Shown here: positions 1 to 10,433 of the stretch, piece after piece
How the letters are laid out: each line of letters begins with the position of its first letter
How positions within the stretch are numbered: position 1 is the stretch's first letter
Assembly (NCBI GenBank): GCA_013214245.1
Contig: JABSQE010000011.1
Span: 220 to 64,219 of the forward strand
Direction of reading: 5' to 3'
Source of the DNA: Hyphomicrobiaceae bacterium
Lineage (GTDB): Bacteria > Pseudomonadota > Alphaproteobacteria > Rhizobiales > Hyphomicrobiaceae
Length of the DNA stretch: 64,000 bases
The notes under the pieces: model-generated
Seen by the model: only the letters and a program-made list of their open reading frames with translations
Databases searched by the model: none
Told to the model about the DNA's origin: nothing
Translations under genes and position numbers: made by a program

Positions 1-1
1 C

Positions 2-328
2 ACAAAAGCACCGGCCATACAACATCTGAGTGCTTATTACGTGCGGTTGGCTATTCATGATCGCCCTGGTGCCATGGCAGCAATATCCTCTCGCATGGCA
101 GAGCAAAACGTCTCGCTGGAAAGTGTAGTTCAGCGTCGATCGTCAAAGCAGATATGCAATTGCAATAATATAACTGATAGCCAAACGAGAGAAGGCAATT
201 ACACTCACGTGGTTCTTGTTACTCATAACACATCAGAAACAGCAATGATGGCAGCAATTTCTTCAATTAAAGACGATGGCGAAGTCGTATATCCACCTCA
301 GATAATTAAAATTGAGCATTTAGTTTAG
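2..328 (+). CDS. hom: homoserine dehydrogenase, C-terminal fragment (gene begins upstream of the window)
   Basis: The frame is open from base 2 to the stop at 326-328. The tail ...YYVRLAIHDRPGAMAAISSRMAEQNVSLESVVQ...VVLVTHNTSE...PPQIIKIE looks like the ACT regulatory domain that ends bacterial homoserine dehydrogenases. Confidence 0.65.
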   Translation, partial: TKAPAIQHLSAYYVRLAIHDRPGAMAAISSRMAEQNVSLESVVQRRSSKQICNCNNITDSQTREGNYTHVVLVTHNTSETAMMAAISSIKDDGEVVYPPQIIKIEHLV

Positions 329-1055
329 GATTATCGCGGCTATGTTTATTACTATTTCAGACGTAACAAAATGCGTGCCGACTAGCGATAATTTAAAAAA
401 AATTACAATCCTGTTACTATTCAATGTCTTTTAGATAGTTATTATTGCACGAAAATTAGATAAATTTTTTATGCTAAAGTAACACTACTTATTCACATCG
501 TGAGTTTTTCCACTATTTTCTTCTTCTGATATTTTTGCACCGATGCCGAGCATTGAAAATACAGTGTAATGTATTGAGTTAAATGATTATTAAGATACTA
601 GTCCCTTCGTCATGCAGAGTGTACAATTAACTACCGTTCCATGTTGTATTATTACAAAACGTGGCTTCTAATTGCTCTATCTTAGAGTTAAACCAATGTC
701 CTCCAGAGAAGTAAGATCTAACTAGTTTAAATTTTAGTGTTTACTATTTAATTGAAGTTTTCATCAAATGGTATGGGAAGTTACTGTTTGAAGTGACGCA
801 AAGTATCATTCATCTAGCCTTAGAAACATTATAGATCTTAACAGATATGTCATTAAATGTATAATTCATAAAATCATTTTATTATTTATTCCCTAAGCTT
901 GTTTTTTTGTCCTCTTAGAAGCAGCTTTCGTAACTTCTAGTTACAACAGCTAATTTATATCAGCAGAAAATAATAGCAGGGTGCAATTCTAGGTTTTATT
1001 CTTAAAATCAAGTCTTTTTTTTAATCGAGTAAAAACAAATTATGGATAAAATCGC

Positions 1056-2309
1056 ATGATAGCAACTGGATGTCTATCTTTGGCAAAAGATAAAATCAAG
1101 ATTTTATTACTCGAAGGCATTAGTGATACAGCCTTATTAACCTTTAAGGAAAAAGGGTACAAAAATGTTGAGCTATTGACTGGCTCAGTTGATCAAATCG
1201 AATTGATCAAACGCTTGAATAACGTTCATATTCTCGGAATTCGATCTCGCACCCAGGTGACTGCTAATATACTAAATGCTGCCAATAAACTTATAGCCGT
1301 TGGATGCTTCTCTGTTGGAACTAATCAAATCGATCTTGCAACAGCACAATTGCGAGGAGTACCGGTTTTTAATGCACCATTCTCGAATACACGCTCGGTT
1401 GCGGAACTTACGATTGCTGAAATTATTATGTTATTTAGGAGGACTTTTTCACGCTCAACAGCAGCCCACTCTGGAGAGTGGCAAAAAACAGCTGCTCAAA
1501 GTTATGAGGTGCGTGGAAAAACCTTGGGTATAATTGGCTATGGCAATATTGGAACGCAACTAGCAAACCTAGCTGAAGCTATGGGCATGCATGTGATTTA
1601 CTATGATCATGTTGATAAGTTACAACATGGGAATGTAGAGGCTGCAGGATCACTAGCTAAGCTCTTATCTAATGCGGACGTGGTGAGTTTACACCTCCCA
1701 CAAACACCTGAGACCAAAGGGATTATAGGACCTAATCAAATACTAGGAATGAAGGATGGCGCTTTTTTGATCAACAATGCGCGTGGTAATCTTGTCGATA
1801 TTGATGCTTTAGTGGCAGCACTTAAAAGTGGAAAGTTAGCAGGCGCTGCAATTGATGTTTTTCCAATAGAGCCATCTTCCAATGTAAAGTCTTTTAAAAC
1901 ATCACTTCAGGGTGTTCAAAATGTGATACTCACACCTCACGTGGGAGGTTCTACTGTAGAGGCTCAATCACGTATAGGCCAAGAGGTTGCTCTAAAGCTA
2001 GCAAACTATTCTGATATCGGAAATACTATTGGTGCGGTAAACTTTCCACAGGTTTTATTACCACCTCGCCCTGTCGGCACACGTTTTCTGCAAGTTCACC
2101 ATAATTCTCCAGGTGCACTACATCGCTTCAATGAGGTATTCTCAAAGTATAATATCAACATTATGGGACAATATCTAGAAACTAGCGGTGAAGTTGGCTA
2201 CGTAGTGCTCGATGCAGAATGTGTACGGTTTGACCCAAGGGAAATACTCAATAAAATTCGTGTATTAGATGGTACTATACGTGCTCGTATTGTACATCGT
2301 ATAGCATAG
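1056..2309 (+). CDS. serA: D-3-phosphoglycerate dehydrogenase, short (about 410 aa) E. coli-type with C-terminal ACT domain
   Basis: 417-aa ORF. N-terminus KIKILLLEGISDTALLTFKEKGYKNVE, NAD-binding GIIGYGNIGTQ, catalytic region ...LTPHVGGST.EAQ, and an ACT tail RFLQVHHNSPGALHRFNEVFSKYNINIMGQYLETSGEVGYVVLD. Confidence 0.9.
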   Translation: MIATGCLSLAKDKIKILLLEGISDTALLTFKEKGYKNVELLTGSVDQIELIKRLNNVHILGIRSRTQVTANILNAANKLIAVGCFSVGTNQIDLATAQLRGVPVFNAPFSNTRSVAELTIAEIIMLFRRTFSRSTAAHSGEWQKTAAQSYEVRGKTLGIIGYGNIGTQLANLAEAMGMHVIYYDHVDKLQHGNVEAAGSLAKLLSNADVVSLHLPQTPETKGIIGPNQILGMKDGAFLINNARGNLVDIDALVAALKSGKLAGAAIDVFPIEPSSNVKSFKTSLQGVQNVILTPHVGGSTVEAQSRIGQEVALKLANYSDIGNTIGAVNFPQVLLPPRPVGTRFLQVHHNSPGALHRFNEVFSKYNINIMGQYLETSGEVGYVVLDAECVRFDPREILNKIRVLDGTIRARIVHRIA

Positions 2310-2601
2310 TAACATGCAAGATTGAATGTTATAATGTAAAATTTAACGCACCAATAAAATTGCTAACTATAAATAATAAAGCACCTGAAATTGTACCAGT
2401 TCTCAAGCATAATGAAAATAGTATATTGAATATTTCTAATTAAATAATATTTGCACTAGTAGTTTATGTCCTCTAATATATCAAACATTTATGTGACGAT
2501 TGGGTCTTAGTATTCACCAACTATTAAGTGCTAATACTTATGGTTTAGGGTTTTTTGTTTCAGAGACAGTAAATACTTCTGTATCTGGATTGGCAGGCTT
2601 G

Positions 2602-2997
2602 ATGTCTTTAAAAAAGAATACTAATAGAATATGCAGGTCAGCTGTTGCATTTCTAATGATCGTCATAATTGCACCGTCTAGCTTAGCACAGGCAGGAACT
2701 AGATCATACGATCAAAAACTTGATCGTTTAAGTGAATCTCTTGGTGCGATTCATTATCTGCGAGAGCTATGCTCATCTAATGATGGGCAAAAGTGGCGTA
2801 ACAACATGCAAGAATTGATTAATGCAGTAGGAACTTCTTCTGAACGTAAGGCAGTATTAGCGCGTCAATTTAATCGTGGATATCGAGGATATTCACATAT
2901 CTACCCTAATTGTACACATCAAGCAAAAGCAACAATTAAAAGTTTTATAAAAGAATCTATAAAAGCAACTGACGAGTTAATAAAATACTCGAAGTAG
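2602..2997 (+). CDS. TIGR02301-like conserved alphaproteobacterial exported protein, function unknown
   Basis: I prefer the internal ATG at 2602, which gives a signal-peptide-like N-terminus (MSLKKNTNRICRSAVAFLMIVIIAPSSLAQA). Motifs LGAIHYLRELC, WRNNM, FNRGYRGY and PNCT are as I recall for the family. Confidence 0.55.
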   Translation: MSLKKNTNRICRSAVAFLMIVIIAPSSLAQAGTRSYDQKLDRLSESLGAIHYLRELCSSNDGQKWRNNMQELINAVGTSSERKAVLARQFNRGYRGYSHIYPNCTHQAKATIKSFIKESIKATDELIKYSK

Positions 2998-3343
2998 TTT
3001 TGCTAACAATTTTCTTTCTCCTATTTAAAAACTATCTTGTAACAAAAAGAGTTATTGATAGTTCAGAGAAAGTATTTATCTACAATTTACTATAGCTATG
3101 GTAATGCAGCTCTATGTGAAGTGTGTTTTAGTTTTTGATTTAAAGTGTCTTTTTCAGGTTCATCAATACTTCAATAGTATGTTAAGTAAAGTGCCTACAT
3201 TAAGGTTTGAGTAATCTACTTTTATAGCTATAATGGAATTGGTAAGCTCACAGCATCTACAACTATATCATAAACGTAATTAGGTTTTGCGCCAGTAAAT
3301 TCGTAATTGGTGGGTGTAAAGGAAACTAATTTGAATGATAGAT

Positions 3344-3547
3344 TTATGCTCTACCATCCATAATGCAACGCTTCAGTGATTCTTCAGCAGAGTAGTAAGG
3401 TTCTTGGCGAGCGACACTCCAGTAACGTAACTCTGATATTGGTATAGGCTTGCCACTAACAGCACACTTTACAAAATCACCTGGTATTAGAACTTGAAAT
3501 TCCCCATCTAAATACTTAATGTGTGCTTTTTTTTTGAATAAAAACAT
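3344..3547 (-). CDS. DUF2093-like small protein
   Basis: 67 aa with ...GDFVKCAVSGKPIPISELRYWSVARQEPYYSAEESL..., the pattern I associate with alphaproteobacterial DUF2093. Confidence 0.55.
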   Translation of the reverse strand: MFLFKKKAHIKYLDGEFQVLIPGDFVKCAVSGKPIPISELRYWSVARQEPYYSAEESLKRCIMDGRA

Positions 3548-3662
3548 TCAATCTAACCTTTCCTAAAAGTCTATATTTCAATTTCCAATTAGTTTTCTTT
3601 AATAATGGTCAAAATAGTGTATTGTGTAAATTTCAGGCGTTAGCTTTAGCAAGCATAGCTTT

Positions 3663-5285
3663 TTAAAACAACGAGCCCTGCCCACTCTCTTTTTCGTCAT
3701 TGATTTTATCATTGTTACATTTATTATCGTGCTGTACTTTTTTTAATTTGGAAGTTCTTATTGTGTGTTCACAGCTTTTAGTATCATGCAGGGCCCGAGC
3801 TCCAATTTTTCCATCATAAAATTCGATCTGTAAGAACATATCATTAGTTATATCATGCCTTGTTTTTATCGTTTGTCCACCGTAACTTCGAACAACTGCA
3901 AATCCGCGGGCAAGAACGCTTTGATAGCCAAGAGATACAAGTAGCTTGTTATTTTGCTCAATTGCCGTGCGCTTATTAGTGATGTGTTGACGAAAGGATC
4001 GGTGTAAATTAGTGGTAACTGCAACTAAATATTCATTGCTCTGAGTGATACGCGAACATATGAATTCAGCGCTTATACGTGTTGCAATGGTTACAAGTGC
4101 ATTTCTATTAATATTGATTATTCGCAAGTAAACGTCTTTATTTCGGTGCTGTAATAAAAACAATCTAGTTTGCATATTTTGTATACGAGCCAAAATAGTA
4201 GACGTATTAAGTTTATTTATGACTTTCATAAAACCAATGTTGTGCGCTTGCACAGCATTAATAACGCTCTTAGTTAACCGTTGTTCAACACTGTCGAAAC
4301 GCTGCTGAGGTAATGCAATTAAATCTTGGGGGCGCATCAGTCCGCGGATCGCAGCACGAAGATTTATCTTTGCTGTTGTAATGTATCTTCGAGCGGTAGA
4401 TTTTAAGCGAATAGCAAAATTCTCTGTTTGTGCAGCAATATCGCTAAATTTCGGCACAGCCCATTCCGCGGCTTTGGTTGGGGTCGGAGCCCGTGCATCA
4501 GCTACCAAATCTATAAGAGTCCAATCGGTTTCATGTCCGACTGCTGAAATTAATGGTATTTTACTTTCTGCAACGGCACGGACAACACACTCCTCATTGA
4601 AAGACCATAAGTCTTCAAGGCTGCCACCACCACGAGCGACGATTATAACATTAGGACGAGCTAATCCCTTCGAACCATCCATTTGGTTGAATCCACAGAT
4701 GGCCGAAGCAACTTCGGCGGCACTATTTTCGCCCTGTACATGAACTGGCCATAATATAACGTGTGTTGGACAGCGTTCGTTAAAACCATGCATCATGTCA
4801 CGTAATACTGCACCAGTTAGTGAAGTAATGATGCCTACGACTCTTGGAAGAAATGGAAGCAACTGTTTACGACTCTCATCGAACAGGCCTTCACCAGCGA
4901 GTTTTTTTTTCCGCTGTTCAAGAAGAGCCATCAGAGCACCTAATCCCGCGGGTTCTATCGTTTCAATAATAATCTGATACTTTGATGAATTGGGATAAGT
5001 TGTAACGCGCCCTTTAGCTGTAACCTGCATTCCCTCTTCGGGTTTAATTTTAAGTTTTCCAAAAACACCTCGCCATATCACCGCATCGATCTTAGCACGG
5101 TTATCTTTTATGGCAAAATAGCAGTGACCTGAAGCGTGTGGACCACGATAACCTGAAACCTCTCCTCGTAGAGATACATGTGAAAAACCTGTTTCGAGTG
5201 TGTTCTTTATCGCAACGGCGAGTTCTGATACTGAAAATTCTGTTAAATTACTTTTTGCACTTTGGTTAGGAGTTAGCTTCATCAA
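3663..5285 (-). CDS. xseA: exodeoxyribonuclease VII large subunit
   Basis: 540 aa. N-terminal OB-fold region (SVSELAVAIKNTLE...VSLRGEVSGYRGPHASGHCYFAIKD), central GGGSLEDLWSFNEE and ISAVGHETDWTLIDLVAD motifs, and a C-terminal ...GQGSLF tail. Confidence 0.9.
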   Translation of the reverse strand: MMKLTPNQSAKSNLTEFSVSELAVAIKNTLETGFSHVSLRGEVSGYRGPHASGHCYFAIKDNRAKIDAVIWRGVFGKLKIKPEEGMQVTAKGRVTTYPNSSKYQIIIETIEPAGLGALMALLEQRKKKLAGEGLFDESRKQLLPFLPRVVGIITSLTGAVLRDMMHGFNERCPTHVILWPVHVQGENSAAEVASAICGFNQMDGSKGLARPNVIIVARGGGSLEDLWSFNEECVVRAVAESKIPLISAVGHETDWTLIDLVADARAPTPTKAAEWAVPKFSDIAAQTENFAIRLKSTARRYITTAKINLRAAIRGLMRPQDLIALPQQRFDSVEQRLTKSVINAVQAHNIGFMKVINKLNTSTILARIQNMQTRLFLLQHRNKDVYLRIININRNALVTIATRISAEFICSRITQSNEYLVAVTTNLHRSFRQHITNKRTAIEQNNKLLVSLGYQSVLARGFAVVRSYGGQTIKTRHDITNDMFLQIEFYDGKIGARALHDTKSCEHTIRTSKLKKVQHDNKCNNDKINDEKESGQGSLF

Positions 5286-5441
5286 TGCTTAAGTCCACTA
5301 ATTTTTTAGTTATAAATATTTTGAAGTTACAAGACTAAACTTTTTCGATAAGGCATAGTCAAGCACCATATGATATAAAATTACTTGTTGTAATTTGCTT
5401 AAAAAAATGTGACGTAAGAACCAGAATAAGGACACGAAAAA

Positions 5442-6713
5442 ATGAACCTACTGCTTTTGGGAAGTGGAGGTAGAGAGCACGCTTTGGCCTGGACCTTGTG
5501 CTCCAGTCCTTTGCTCAATAAGTTATATTGCGCTCCAGGTAATGCCGGTATCGAGAGTATAGCATCTTGTGTCAATATCAGTCTCAACAATTTTTCTGAA
5601 ATTATTGCTTTTTGCCGTGAAAAAGCAATTGAATTTGTTGTAGTGGGATCGGAAATACCACTGGTTGCAGGAATAGTTGATGAGCTGATGGCAGTAGGAA
5701 TTACTGTTTTCGGTCCGAGTCGGGCAGCTGCACAGTTAGAAGGCTCCAAAGGATTTGCAAAAGATTTCTGTAGAGAGTTCGGTATTCCAACGGCAGATTA
5801 CGCTAGATTTTCTGAACTTGATGAAGCCATTAACTATGTTCAGAGGCAGAAACCACCAATTGTTATTAAAGCTGATGGCTTAGCTGCTGGCAAAGGAGTG
5901 GAGATAGCTCAAACAATATCAGAAGCTGTACAATCAGTTCGCGCCTGCTTCGCGGGTGCCTTTGGAACTGCCGGCTATGAAGTTGTAATAGAGGAGTTTT
6001 TAATTGGTCAAGAGGCCAGTTTTTTTGCTTTAGTAGACGGCTCACACGCGATTCCTCTGGGAACAGCTCAGGACTATAAACGTCTTAGTGATGGTAATAC
6101 TGGACCGAACACAGGTGGTATGGGAGCATTTTCTCCGGCGTTGGTTCTTACTGAAAAGCTTAACACTAAAGTGATGGAAAGCATTATTGTTCCAACGATC
6201 CGCGGCATGGCTGCACGAAGAATGCCTTACACTGGTGTACTTTATGCTGGTTTAATGATAACCGAAAAAGGTCCTCAACTTATTGAATACAATGTACGAT
6301 TTGGTGATCCTGAGTGTCAGGTCCTTATGTTTCGTCTTGAAACAGATTTGTTACCAGCTCTTCTCGCAACTTGTAATGGTAGTCTTAATAGATTGAAATT
6401 ATTATGGAAGAATGATTCAGCACTAACGATTGTCATGGCTGCCGAGGGATATCCACATTCTCCGCAGAGAAATACGGAGATAAAAGGGCTAGACGGTATA
6501 AATGAAACTGACGCAATCGTGTTTCATGCGGGAACAGTGCGTAAGAAAAATCGTATTCTAGCAAATAGCGGTCGCGTTTTAAATATCACAGCCCGTGGAA
6601 GGAACTTAAAAGATGCACAAAAAAAAGCATATGATGTAGCGAGAAGAATTGATTGGCCAGAGAGCTTTTATCGCGATGACATTGGTGGGCGGTCAATTGA
6701 AAGCGAGAGTTGA
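5442..6713 (+). CDS. purD: phosphoribosylamine--glycine ligase
   Basis: 423 aa. MNLLLLGSGGREHALAW, ATP-grasp core VIKADGLAAGKGV, and EYNVRFGDPE. Confidence 0.95.
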   Translation: MNLLLLGSGGREHALAWTLCSSPLLNKLYCAPGNAGIESIASCVNISLNNFSEIIAFCREKAIEFVVVGSEIPLVAGIVDELMAVGITVFGPSRAAAQLEGSKGFAKDFCREFGIPTADYARFSELDEAINYVQRQKPPIVIKADGLAAGKGVEIAQTISEAVQSVRACFAGAFGTAGYEVVIEEFLIGQEASFFALVDGSHAIPLGTAQDYKRLSDGNTGPNTGGMGAFSPALVLTEKLNTKVMESIIVPTIRGMAARRMPYTGVLYAGLMITEKGPQLIEYNVRFGDPECQVLMFRLETDLLPALLATCNGSLNRLKLLWKNDSALTIVMAAEGYPHSPQRNTEIKGLDGINETDAIVFHAGTVRKKNRILANSGRVLNITARGRNLKDAQKKAYDVARRIDWPESFYRDDIGGRSIESES

Positions 6714-6951
6714 GCCAATGGCCCTCTAATTAAAGATGCTTGCACGCACACATTTAAAGTAAACCGATTGTAACTTACGGTTATCTGATGAATAGTAATT
6801 ATATACTTTTCTGAAACAAACTTAGATTACTCAATAACTACGTAACCGCTGTTTCACTAATACGTAAAAGTTCGGTAAAATCAGAAATAAAAAAAGTTTC
6901 AGATCTCAATTTTCAAAACATTTATTAACTATGTGATAATATAATTATATA

Positions 6952-7812
6952 TCAAGGTTTAATCTTATTGCGTGCAGCTGCAGAATCTTCTTCAAGTGTC
7001 TTAAGCGAGGCAAGATTTGGCATTGATACGGTGTTATAACCGCAATCAACATAATGAACTTCACCGGTAACACCACCGGACAGTGAGGATAATAAATAGA
7101 GAGCTGATCCTCCTACCTCATCTAAGGAAGGAGTTCGTTTTAAAGGGGAATGGTCGCGTTGAAAATTAAAAATGACACGCGCATCAGACACACCAGATCC
7201 TGCTAGAGTTCGCATAGGACCCGCTGACAAGGCATTAACGCGGATATTGTTGCAGCCAAGGTCAGTTGCTAGATATCGAACTGAAGACTCCAGAGCAGCC
7301 TTTGCGACCCCCATAACATTATAAGATGGAACCCATCCAGTTGCCCCACCGTAAGTTAGCGTGATCATTGCTCCGCCATTTAGCATCAATTCAGCTGCAC
7401 GTTTTGCTATTTCCGTAAATGAGAAACATGAGACTATCATAGTATTGACAAAATTCTCTCGTGAAGTATCTGCATACCTACCTTGAAGCTCACGGCGATC
7501 TGAAAAAGCCAAAGCGTGCACTACAAAATCTATGGAGCCCCAAGTATTCTTTATCTTCGAAAAAACATTGTTGACGCTTTCGATGTTACTGACATCGCAG
7601 GGTACTATAATATCTGAATTTACAGTTCGCGCTAAGGGAACGACGCGACGTCCAAAAGCTTCACCCTGATAGGTAAAAGCAAGTTCTGCACCTTGGCCTG
7701 CAAGTATGCGAGCAATTCCCCAAGCTATTGAGCGCTCATTCGCAACGCCCATGATAAGACCTCGTTTTCCAGCCATCAATGGAGCTGGTTTTGCGATATC
7801 AATGTCAGCCAT
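6952..7812 (-). CDS. fabI: enoyl-[acyl-carrier-protein] reductase (NADH)
   Basis: 286 aa. GKRGLIMGVANERSIAWGIA, ...YNVMGVAKAALE... (FabI Y-x6-K), and RVNALSAGPMRTLA. It is the last gene of the fabA-fabB-fabI cluster. Confidence 0.9.
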   Translation of the reverse strand: MADIDIAKPAPLMAGKRGLIMGVANERSIAWGIARILAGQGAELAFTYQGEAFGRRVVPLARTVNSDIIVPCDVSNIESVNNVFSKIKNTWGSIDFVVHALAFSDRRELQGRYADTSRENFVNTMIVSCFSFTEIAKRAAELMLNGGAMITLTYGGATGWVPSYNVMGVAKAALESSVRYLATDLGCNNIRVNALSAGPMRTLAGSGVSDARVIFNFQRDHSPLKRTPSLDEVGGSALYLLSSLSGGVTGEVHYVDCGYNTVSMPNLASLKTLEEDSAAARNKIKP

Positions 7813-8015
7813 TTTATTCCTCGTACACGTTTTTCAAGAAAGGTACTCAGCAAATTGAGTACTATTCTGACCATTACCGCCCGCAGACATGTAAGTTATA
7901 AATAAGTTGATCACGAGACGCTCGTTCTTAGGAGACAGGCTAAGGTTTGGTTTAGACTCGACCCAAGGTTTGGTGTCGCTGTCTAAACAATAAAACATTG
8001 AAATAAAGGGTAATT

Positions 8016-9239
8016 CTAATATCTCTGAAATATCAAAGTTGCATTTGTTCCACCAAAGCCAAAACTATTAGACATAACAGAATTTATATTTACATTATCC
8101 CGACGCTTCTGAAGTATTGGAATGCCGTTAAAATTTGAATCAAGCGTATCTATGTTGGCGCTAGCGCATACGAAATTTTCTTGCATCATAAGCAAAGAAA
8201 ATATTGCTTCTTGGACACCAATGGCCCCTAGAGAGTGTCCAGTCAATGATTTAGTCGCAGATATCATAGGTATATTATTACCAAAAACCTCAATGATAGC
8301 TTCAATTTCTCGCTGGTCACCAATTGGCGTCGATGTGGCGTGCGGATTAATATAATCTACTACACCAACTCCCTTTCCAGTAAAGCCCTGAATGGCTTGC
8401 CTCATACACCTTACAGCACCTTCACCAGAAGGGGCGACCATATCGAAGCCATCAGATGTTGCACCATATCCAACAACTTCACCATAAACTCTAGCCCCTC
8501 GTGCCTTAGCATGTTCCAGTTCTTCTAAAACAACAACGCCTGCGCCGCCCGCAATAATAAACCCGTCACGATCTCTATCGTAAGCGCGACTAGCTTTTTG
8601 GGGTGTATTATTAAAATTAGATGACATGGCTCCCATAGCATCAAATAAAACGGACAGCCGCCAATCTAATTCTTCACATCCGCCTGCAAAAACTACATCT
8701 TGTCTACCCCACATTATCTGCTCAGCAGCATTACCAATACAATGCGCGGAGGTAGAGCATGCAGAAGAAATAGAATAATTTATTCCTTTAATCTGGAAAC
8801 TAGTTGCAAGTAAAGCCGATGGCCCCGAACACATTGCTTTCGGCACTTCAAAAGGTCCGATTTTTTTTGGGTTTTTATTAAGTGTTGTTTCCGCTGCACG
8901 CACTATAGCAACGGTTGATGGCCCCCCTGAACCCATGATAATGCCCGAGCGTTCATTTGTTACCTCGTATTTCTCCAACCCAGAATCTTTAATTGCCTGA
9001 TCCATCGCAATATAATTCCAAGCTAACCCAGCCTCCATAAAACGCCGAGGTTTACGTGGAACTAATTCGTGCCAATCTAAACTAGGGCAGCCATGAACTT
9101 GGCAGCGAAAACCTAGCTCTTTATACACGTCCGCATGTACAAGGCCGGATTTGCCGTCTCGTAGAGATAAGATAACGTCCTGATTAGAATTGCCAATGCT
9201 CGAGACAATACCTAGTCCAGTGACGACAACGCGCCTCAT
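8016..9239 (-). CDS. fabB: 3-oxoacyl-[acyl-carrier-protein] synthase I
   Basis: 407 aa. MRRVVVTGLGIVSSIGN, active-site ISSACSTSAHCIG, ...NPHATSTPIGD..., TKSLTGHSLGA and NSFGFGGTNATL. Adjacent to fabA. Confidence 0.9.
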   Translation of the reverse strand: MRRVVVTGLGIVSSIGNSNQDVILSLRDGKSGLVHADVYKELGFRCQVHGCPSLDWHELVPRKPRRFMEAGLAWNYIAMDQAIKDSGLEKYEVTNERSGIIMGSGGPSTVAIVRAAETTLNKNPKKIGPFEVPKAMCSGPSALLATSFQIKGINYSISSACSTSAHCIGNAAEQIMWGRQDVVFAGGCEELDWRLSVLFDAMGAMSSNFNNTPQKASRAYDRDRDGFIIAGGAGVVVLEELEHAKARGARVYGEVVGYGATSDGFDMVAPSGEGAVRCMRQAIQGFTGKGVGVVDYINPHATSTPIGDQREIEAIIEVFGNNIPMISATKSLTGHSLGAIGVQEAIFSLLMMQENFVCASANIDTLDSNFNGIPILQKRRDNVNINSVMSNSFGFGGTNATLIFQRY

Positions 9240-9377
9240 GTTAAGTCCTTAATGGCTGCAAGCCTATTCTTGATATCATAGCCCGTGTGGCTCACATCTC
9301 TCAAAGTTTTTACTTCTTATGATATCTATATCTTCTATCCTTGACACTATTGATTAATTTGTCCTCTAAGTGCTAAC

Positions 9378-9899
9378 TTAATCTTTAGTGGCAAATAAAC
9401 CAACCTTTAAGTCATTCGCTGTGTAAATCAATTCGCCATCAGCAAGTAAACGCCCATCTGCAATACCCAATTTAAGCTTTCGTAGCACAATTCTCTTCAA
9501 ATCAACTATGTATTCCAATTTTTCTACCGTAGGCAAAACCATTCCGGTAAATTTAACTTCACCCACTCCTAGTGCTCTTCCACGCCCAGTTGCCCCAAGC
9601 CATCCTAGAAAAAAACCTGTCATCTGCCAAAGTGCATCAAGACCTAGGCAGCCTGGCATTACTGGATCCCCTTTGAAGTGGCAAGAAAAAAACCACTCAC
9701 AATCTGGATTGTTAGCCACCTCAAGCTCAGCCACAACCTGTCCTTTTCCAAAAGAACCACCATTGCTTGTTATCGATGTTATCCTTTCAAACATCAACAT
9801 TGGTGGCAGTGGCAACTGCGCGTTTCCCACTCCAAAAAGTTCACCGCGGGCACAGCTGAGGATATCTTCGTAATCGTAACTCGAATGCCGTTCAGTCAT
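9378..9899 (-). CDS. fabA: 3-hydroxydecanoyl-[ACP] dehydratase / trans-2-decenoyl-ACP isomerase
   Basis: I prefer the ATG at 9899 ([23 protein letters not shown]...), which gives a typical 173 aa. Motifs are [23 protein letters not shown] (FabA active-site His) and GVGEVKFTG. The 31 extra codons in the ORF track are hydrophobic junk. Confidence 0.9.
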   Translation of the reverse strand: MTERHSSYDYEDILSCARGELFGVGNAQLPLPPMLMFERITSITSNGGSFGKGQVVAELEVANNPDCEWFFSCHFKGDPVMPGCLGLDALWQMTGFFLGWLGATGRGRALGVGEVKFTGMVLPTVEKLEYIVDLKRIVLRKLKLGIADGRLLADGELIYTANDLKVGLFATKD

Positions 9900-10433
9900 A
9901 GTGGTTTGCAGTCTGCTTCCCTGCTGACATGTTAAGCCAGCTGTTGTTATATAGATATAAACCTTTATAACACAAATGTTTAATATCTTCAAAAGTCTCA
10001 GCGCAAAACCTTAAAAAGGTTAACGTGATTATTTCTCGTCGCGAACGCAAGTACATTTTACAATATCATGTAAAGTTTTAACTTGCGACCTGACTGTGTG
10101 CACGATAAACGAATTGTAATCATTAATTTTGCGAAATTTTGTTAGTGTTGCAACGATAACCTGCACCTATCATAACGATACATAAACTAATAAAAGTGTC
10201 AGAGTTGAATTTTTTTACGACCGCTTCGCCAGCTTGTCCTAATTTTTTTCATCTGCATGACCTATACAATACTGACTTTACCTATTCAAGTGCTATCAGT
10301 CATGAATGCAAGAGAGTATTCTAGCACTAGCTAAAGCACTTTTACTATTTGATGTAATCATATATCTATACGAAGTTAGTACAAGTTACCACTGTTTGTA
10401 TAATAAAATAATATATATATTACCTATTAGAGC

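Noticed and set aside
1300-1533. Same-strand alternate-frame ORFs inside well-supported genes. Examples: 1300-1533 in serA and 10610-10942 in the SH3-like gene.
   Set aside because: These are out-of-frame ORFs within genes that have clear motif support. Their translations are biased or low-complexity, and they have no independent start signals.
4381-4977. ORFs lying within, and on the opposite strand to, well-supported genes. Examples: 4381-4743 and 4795-4977 in xseA, 8122-8528 in fabB, 9508-9935 in fabA, 31010-31417, 32398-35471 in carB, 49641-50234 in proA, 53692-54246 in kdsB, 45274-45648 in regB.
   Set aside because: These are shadow ORFs on the opposite strand of genes with clear motif support. 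They have biased, Ser/Arg/Pro-rich or low-complexity translations and no independent start signals.
9993-10433. I looked for a divergent Fur-family irr gene or its relic upstream of fabA, since I recall it lying next to fabA in several Rhizobiales.
   Set aside because: No ORF is present, and no convincing HHH or HxH-containing translated fragment appears in any frame. My synteny recollection is also unverified, so no claim is made.
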